NCBI GenBank assembly: GCA_036172245.1
Contig: JAYWIR010000009.1
Span: forward strand, 4,030,001-4,094,000
Direction: 5' to 3'
From: Raillietiella orientalis
Lineage: Eukaryota
Length of the DNA stretch: 64,000 bases
Numbering within the stretch: the stretch's first letter is position 1; every line of letters starts with the position of its first letter. Both the position numbers and the translations under genes were made by a program. Shown one piece after another: positions 58,657 through 64,000 of this stretch. Below the pieces are notes generated by a model, which did no database searches, was not told the origin of the DNA, and saw nothing but the letters and a program-made list of their open reading frames with translations.

Positions 58657-60899
58657 CTGGAATGCCAGAGGGAAAAATGAAAGGAAAAAAATAAAAAGAA
58701 AATGAAAAAAAAAAAAAAAAAAAGGGTTATTCACGTCTGCGCTCATCCCCATCTGATCCCGGCCCCTTCACGGCCGCCACCCCTTCCGGGAGCAGCCGAG
58801 TCACCGGGTGCGCACTTCGGAAGCTTGTGCACCGCACAAGAGCGTCGATTTGCGGAGCAGAACGGAGAAAAGCGCCCCGGGGCATGCCATCCCCCCGTCC
58901 GGGGAAAAGCAGCTCGATGGGTCGCCTTTTTTTTTTCCCTTTCTTTTTTTTTTTTCCCTGTTCCCGAATCATCACCTCGAGCCGAGTGCCCCTGGCCCTC
59001 TGGCTTGCGCCGTCCCCTGGAGCCCTCAGCTGCTCCCTTCCGGCAAGGCAAAAGAACGAAGAGGTCGGGGGCGGGGAAAAGGAAGAAGAGGGCAAGGCGG
59101 GGGTGGTGCCGAGAGCACACGTCGCCGAGCAGGCGCCGGGGCCGAGTGGACCGTTCCCGTTCCCGAGCCTCCGTCGCTTCCGGCGACAGTCGCCGGGGTG
59201 TGGGGCCGCAGAAAAGTGTCTCCCGCCCTGTCCTGTTTCGACTAAAAGGAGGGCTGCCCCTTTGTCTCCGCAGGGGAGAGACCACACGCGCATCCTGCCT
59301 TCCCACTACCCCCCCCCCCTTCCTCCTCCTCCTCCACCCCTTCTCGTCGACCAGGAAGTTCTCCCCTCGCCTTTCCGCACCGCTTCCCGGAGGTTCGTTC
59401 TCAGGGAAGGAACGAGCTGCGCGGGTTCCCCGCGCTACCCCCTTCTCCCTCGCGGAGTTCACGGATCGCAGGGGGAAGAAAGGGGGAAGGCTCGGCGGTG
59501 TCGCTCCCACGTCCCGGCACCCGCTCGGAAACCGCAGAGATATGATTTGCGCCCTCCGACGCCGGGAGAGTGATGGATGACTCGCGCGCCAGCGAAGAAT
59601 GGAGTGGTCCGTCGTTCCGCCCGCGCTGATAAGACGCGATGATAAATTCCACCGGTCCTCCTCCCTTTCCTCCTCGGGCACCGCTACGAAAACGCCGGTA
59701 ACAACCCGCAGAAAAAACGGGGCGGATGTCATATTGCGGGCGAGCCCGCGCTCGCGCACGCGGGAGCGCGGGGCAAACGCTGGCGTCGGTCGGTCGTTCA
59801 GGGGTCGCGGCGCCTCTGGGACCCCGCCGCGAACCAAAGGACCTCCCATCCTCGCCCCTCACCTCCCCTTCTCTCCCAGGTGTCTCTCGCCTTGAGAGAG
59901 AGTGGCTCCCTCCTCCCACCCTCCTCCTCTCCCCCTCCCGGAAGAACCGCTTCCTCTTCCTCCTCCTCATCGGCGCGAGGCTCTCCTCCGGGGACGGCGC
60001 TGGATCGCAGCTTCCCCGGGGGGGGTGGGGTGGGGAAGGAAAAAAGGAATGAAGGAGTAGGAAACCCAGAAGAAAGAAAGAAAGAAAAAAGGGGGCTGCG
60101 CGCGACGTAGGCGCGCCGTGTCGCTCACCATCCATCCATCTTTTCCTCCCCGGTGCATCCGAAATGCCCTCATTCGGAGAGCGCCGGGAGCGCCGCCGCC
60201 GTTCGGAAACGTCAGAGCGCGAGTAGACAGCGGAACGGCCGGCGGCGACATGGATCGCGACCCCTCTTGCTGTTGGTGCTGCTGAGGCTACTACTCCTCC
60301 TGCTATTCACCATCAATTTACTTGATGCGCGCATCTGAGAGGCACGCATGCTGCGTCGCGGGCGGTTGCTAAGGACCAGCCAGAGGAAAGGACACTTCTC
60401 TCTCTCTCTCTGTCTCTCTCTCTCTCTTTTTTTTTGTTTTTCGATGTGCTTCTGGCGCGCGACAGGTTCCATAAATTCCCCCCTCTCCCTTTCCTCCCCC
60501 TCCGCCTTTCGTCCGGTGCCTCCTCCTGCCCGTCGTTCCTTTGTCTTGAGCCTGGGCGACAGCAAGGAGACGTCGTACCCCTCTTCCACCCTCGTCCGGC
60601 TGCTGCGAGCGCTTCGATTGGCGAGGAAACTCTTCCGGACGGCCGCTGGTTCCCTCCCAGCCGGGAGAAAACGAGAGGGTTGTTGCCCAGGGAAAAGGCT
60701 CGGAGTGCGCCATCCGCCGACCTCGACCCCCGTGAAGCGCGCACGAGCTACGCGATGATCCCGAACACCTGTCGTAGCATTCAGACCGAGGAACGAGTTC
60801 CCTGGTCTCCCTCCCCCTCCATTTTTCCTCCCGCGCCCGCGCCCACCGGGAACGAGAGACCCAGAGGGGAAAGGGAAACAGATCTCTCCAGACGACCTC

Positions 60900-61900
60900 G
60901 GACGCGCGCCGTCTTCTCCCTCGTCGACCCCGTTTCCCTGCTGCTGCTGCTGCTGTCGCCTTACGGGCCCGGCTGCACGCCTCGCTCCCTGCAGGTGCAA
61001 GCCGTAAGCTGGGTGAGGTACTCCCGGATTGCAAGTCGGCTGCTGTCGCGGCTTCCAGGAAGGAAGACCACGCTTGACCTCTGCTTGCCACCCACTGCAT
61101 GTTAAAGGACTGCTCCGTAGGGAGCTGTCACCGTTCCACTTCCACGGACGGGAGAGAAGGAGGAGGAAGGGGGAAGGAGGAGTGGACTGGTGGCTCTTTC
61201 TGCAGACAGCCCGCTGTCCAGTTCGAAGGAAAGGAAATTTCGACTGTTCCGGGAACCATCCTTCTTGCGCCGAGATCTTCATGTTCCCTCGAAGTCTGCT
61301 TAGTTGTCTTCCTCTCCTTGAGCCGCTCCAAGCAGCGAATGCGAGCGCTGGAGGCCTCCTGTCCATCCTCCACCTCTGCTGCTGGTGGAGGAAGGACGGA
61401 AGGAAGAGGCAGAGGCCATCCTCGCGCGCGCACTCAGCCTCCTCTCCATCGCCCTTCCCTCTCTTTTCATCCCGCTGTCCGTCTCGTTTCGCCGGAGTAT
61501 CCATGGCCACGGAGCATGCGTGCGTCCATCCCGTGTCCGGGAGCTTCGCAACGCGCCTTTTCAAGGCCCAAGAAGTGAGAAGCAGTCTCTGGAGGCACCA
61601 TCTCCAGCAGCTGACCGATGGCGCAAAGATCCCCTCGCTCGTGGCACCGACCATCGGATCCGCACGCTCGCAGAAGAGGGCGTCGCCATTCCTCCGTTTG
61701 CCTTCTGCTGCACGCAAAGGATCTTCCGGGATCAGGGTCGAGAAACTCCGGGAGCGAATCAGCCGACCGGTGTCGGTACGTTCCCTCTGTTCCTCCCCTT
61801 CCAACCTTCGTCACGGCTTTCGACCACGGAGGCTTTGCTGCGAAGGAGTGAGCCACTCTTGGGAACGGCTCCGCCAGCTGATACTGTTTCGTCTCCTCCT
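60900..61900 (+). mobile_element. Degenerate LINE RT fossil (copy 1), upstream of the first GATA coding exon found
   Basis: PVSLL (~60930, RPISLL), RGFQEGR (~61055, GFRKGR), LFLQ...NFDC..H (~61200-61260, FLD..KAFD.V.H), AILARALSLL (~61410, QG.ILSP.LF), LEAPSPAA (~61595, LLAPS). Confidence 0.45.
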
Positions 61901-62979
61901 CCCCCATCCTGCTGCTCACTGTGAAATTTCAAGGAGCGCTTCGAAGGATGGCTGCTACTGACATGTCTCCTCCTTCCCCCCGTTCGGAGATCTCATCCTG
62001 TGTGCTCTCCAGAGGACAGGACGATCTTCCTTGCCGCTCCCCTAACAGAATTCTGCTCCAAGACAAGGAACGCTTTTATCCCGCGTCCAGGCAGCGATGG
62101 AACGCTTCGCTTGTCAGCTGCGCGTCCCGGTCGCGTCTGCTTCCAGAGTTATCTCGATGAACGCACCAAGGAGGAGGCACCCCTCCTATGACCGACTCTT
62201 CCCTCCTACCAGCCTGTGCGTGCAATTCCCTGGGTGCTTGACTCTCCTCGTGATCTTGGGGATGAATCTTCGGTGCTCCTGTCCACGGGCCGCCCGTCGG
62301 CTTCGCCCTTCCCCACCGCTTACCGGTGCGCCCTTCCCTTCCCCCCCTTTCTTCCCTCCCCGATGTGTACGCGAACCGGCACTCGAATACCGCGTACTGT
62401 ACGACACGCTTTGGAAGGTCGCCTGAGGAGAAAAGACTCTGCCGCTTGTTTCGAGAGGAGGGTCCCTGCCCAACAAAAGATCAGGAAGAGGAAAAAAACG
62501 GGGGAAGGACGGACAAACCGAAGACAAAGAACCGCTATTCTACAGCTCCTCTCCGGCAGCCGGGGAGCGTGTGACTCGCGCGACGCCGGGAGCGGCGGCA
62601 AATCACACGCGTAAGAAGTATGCGCGAATTGAGGCGTCCTCCGAGAAAGAGGACGGGGTGGGGAAGGCGTAAGGGGAGCAAGAAGGAACGAGCACCGATG
62701 GCTTGCTGCCGCACGAGCATGGCGGCCTCGCGGCAGGCATCAGCACGAAGAAAGGAGGGTTTCCATGGCATTCTCCTCCTCTAGCTGCTGCCGGTGAAGG
62801 AAGGACGGGAGGAGGAGGCAGAGACCAACCTCGTGTGCGCCTTTAATCTCCTCTCCCAACCTCTTTCCTTCTCCCCTCTTTCCGTTCCTGCGTCCGTCTC
62901 GAAGCAGACGTAACCATGGCCACGGAGCGCGCGTGCGTCCGTCCCGTCTCCGGGCGCGTCGCAACGTGCTTTTCCAGGC
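61362..62979 (+). repeat. Diverged ~200-bp direct repeat pair (61362-61567 / 62773-62979)
   Basis: Collinear shared blocks GGAAGGACGG, GAGGCAGAG, GTCCGTCTCG, CCATGGCCACGGAGC, GCGTGCGTCC, TCGCAACG. Confidence 0.85.
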
Positions 62980-63000
62980 TCGGAATCAAGTGCCCCCGCG
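62370..63000 (+). mobile_element. Degenerate LINE RT fossil (copy 2), related to 60900-61900
   Basis: EYRV..DTLWKVA (~62400), ACDSRDAGS (~62575, CFLDASK), CAFNLL (~62840); about 200 nt of clear nucleotide similarity to 61362-61567. Confidence 0.4.
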
Positions 63001-64000
63001 AAGGGATCATTTTCCATCTTTTATGGAAGCCGAGACAACCATCTTATCGCTCATCACAGATCATTAAGCAATGATGCGGTATCTCACGGCTCGAGACAGC
63101 GCGCTGACGGTTCCGGTCCATTCAGCGCAGCTTCGGAAGCGGCCGTAGTTTTGTTCTTGCAGTGGGGAGCGCACGTGTGCGCCCTGGAGGACCGCCGCCT
63201 CCCCGGTGGCTTGGTTCCTCGGGGAAGCGCCTGTCACCCCTCAATGGTCCGCCCGCCCCTCCGCGCAGGATGCAGAGTGAAGGAGCTGAAGGGGGGTAGG
63301 GGGTGGACGACAAGGACGTAAGACCAACCCCCTCTCCGTCGCGGGGGACGAACGGGAAACAGAGGAGGAGGAGATCAAGGGACGGGGCCCTCGTCCGAGG
63401 TCTGACGGAGCTCCCTACGATCGCTGCCGGAGTTCGTTGCGCTCCCTCCCGGGAATCGCCAGCGGTTTCGCGGCGCCGCTACGAACAACCTGGAGCGACG
63501 AAGAAAGAAGAGAACGGGAGAAGGAGTCGAGGAAAGGAGGCCGGGAGGGAACGGGAAAGGGAAGGGGGAAGGCGTCCGCGGTTCGGGATGCTGGACCGTT
63601 GTCTGGACCCGCTCGGTTCTTCGGGAATGGAGTGGTACGGGCGGATGGGCGCGTCCGCGGTTGCCGTGGCGAGGGACCTCCTGGGGTTCCGGGAAGGCTC
63701 AAGGGAAGCGGAGCCGAGGGGAGGCGCCCCACCCTCTCCCGGCTGTCCCCCCCGGTCGTCAGGATGACAGTCCCCGGGAGGAGGTTCGCAGCATCGGCAA
63801 GACCAAGTTTGGGCGCGCGTCCTGGAGCGGTCGTGCGATGGCCACCGACGGAGGAGCTAAGGAAGGCGTTCCAACTGGAGAGCAGGGCAGAAGGGGGCCC
63901 GAAGACGCCCGTTCGCTTTTACCGTTCGGTACAGGGCAGGGACGGCCCCTGGGGACTGCCGGCTGCGAGCGAGGGCATGGCGATGGCACCGTCCCTGGAG

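Noticed and set aside
60212..61804. Longest ORF in the track (530 aa, minus strand) as the missing GATA first exon or a separate gene
   Set aside because: Arg/Gly/Pro-rich low-complexity translation with no GATA N-terminal motifs. It runs antisense through LINE remnants and simple repeats, as expected at this GC content.

Overview
GC-rich (roughly 60-65% by eye), CpG-rich eukaryotic genomic DNA, probably from a protostome invertebrate such as an arthropod. The only well-supported protein-coding gene is a spliced, minus-strand, two-zinc-finger GATA transcription factor of the GATA1/2/3 (grain/GATAc) class. It has four coding exons (58231-58656, 56856-57001, 53458-53583, 50029-50502) with canonical GT-AG junctions and matching phases. 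Its first exon appears to lie beyond the right edge of the window. The ~50 kb downstream is a gene desert. Nearly all ORFs in the supplied track are GC-content artefacts. The desert holds many heavily eroded non-LTR retrotransposon fossils (RTE-like and L1/Tx1-like), several fold-back inverted duplications of different ages, simple repeats, and discrete AT-rich islands packed with GATA-binding sites. Two islands 21 kb apart share an identical 17-mer. The most interesting hypothesis is a distributed autoregulatory enhancer archipelago for the GATA gene, one module of which is bracketed by long inverted repeats. No prokaryotic-type system, CRISPR array, rRNA or intact tRNA was seen.
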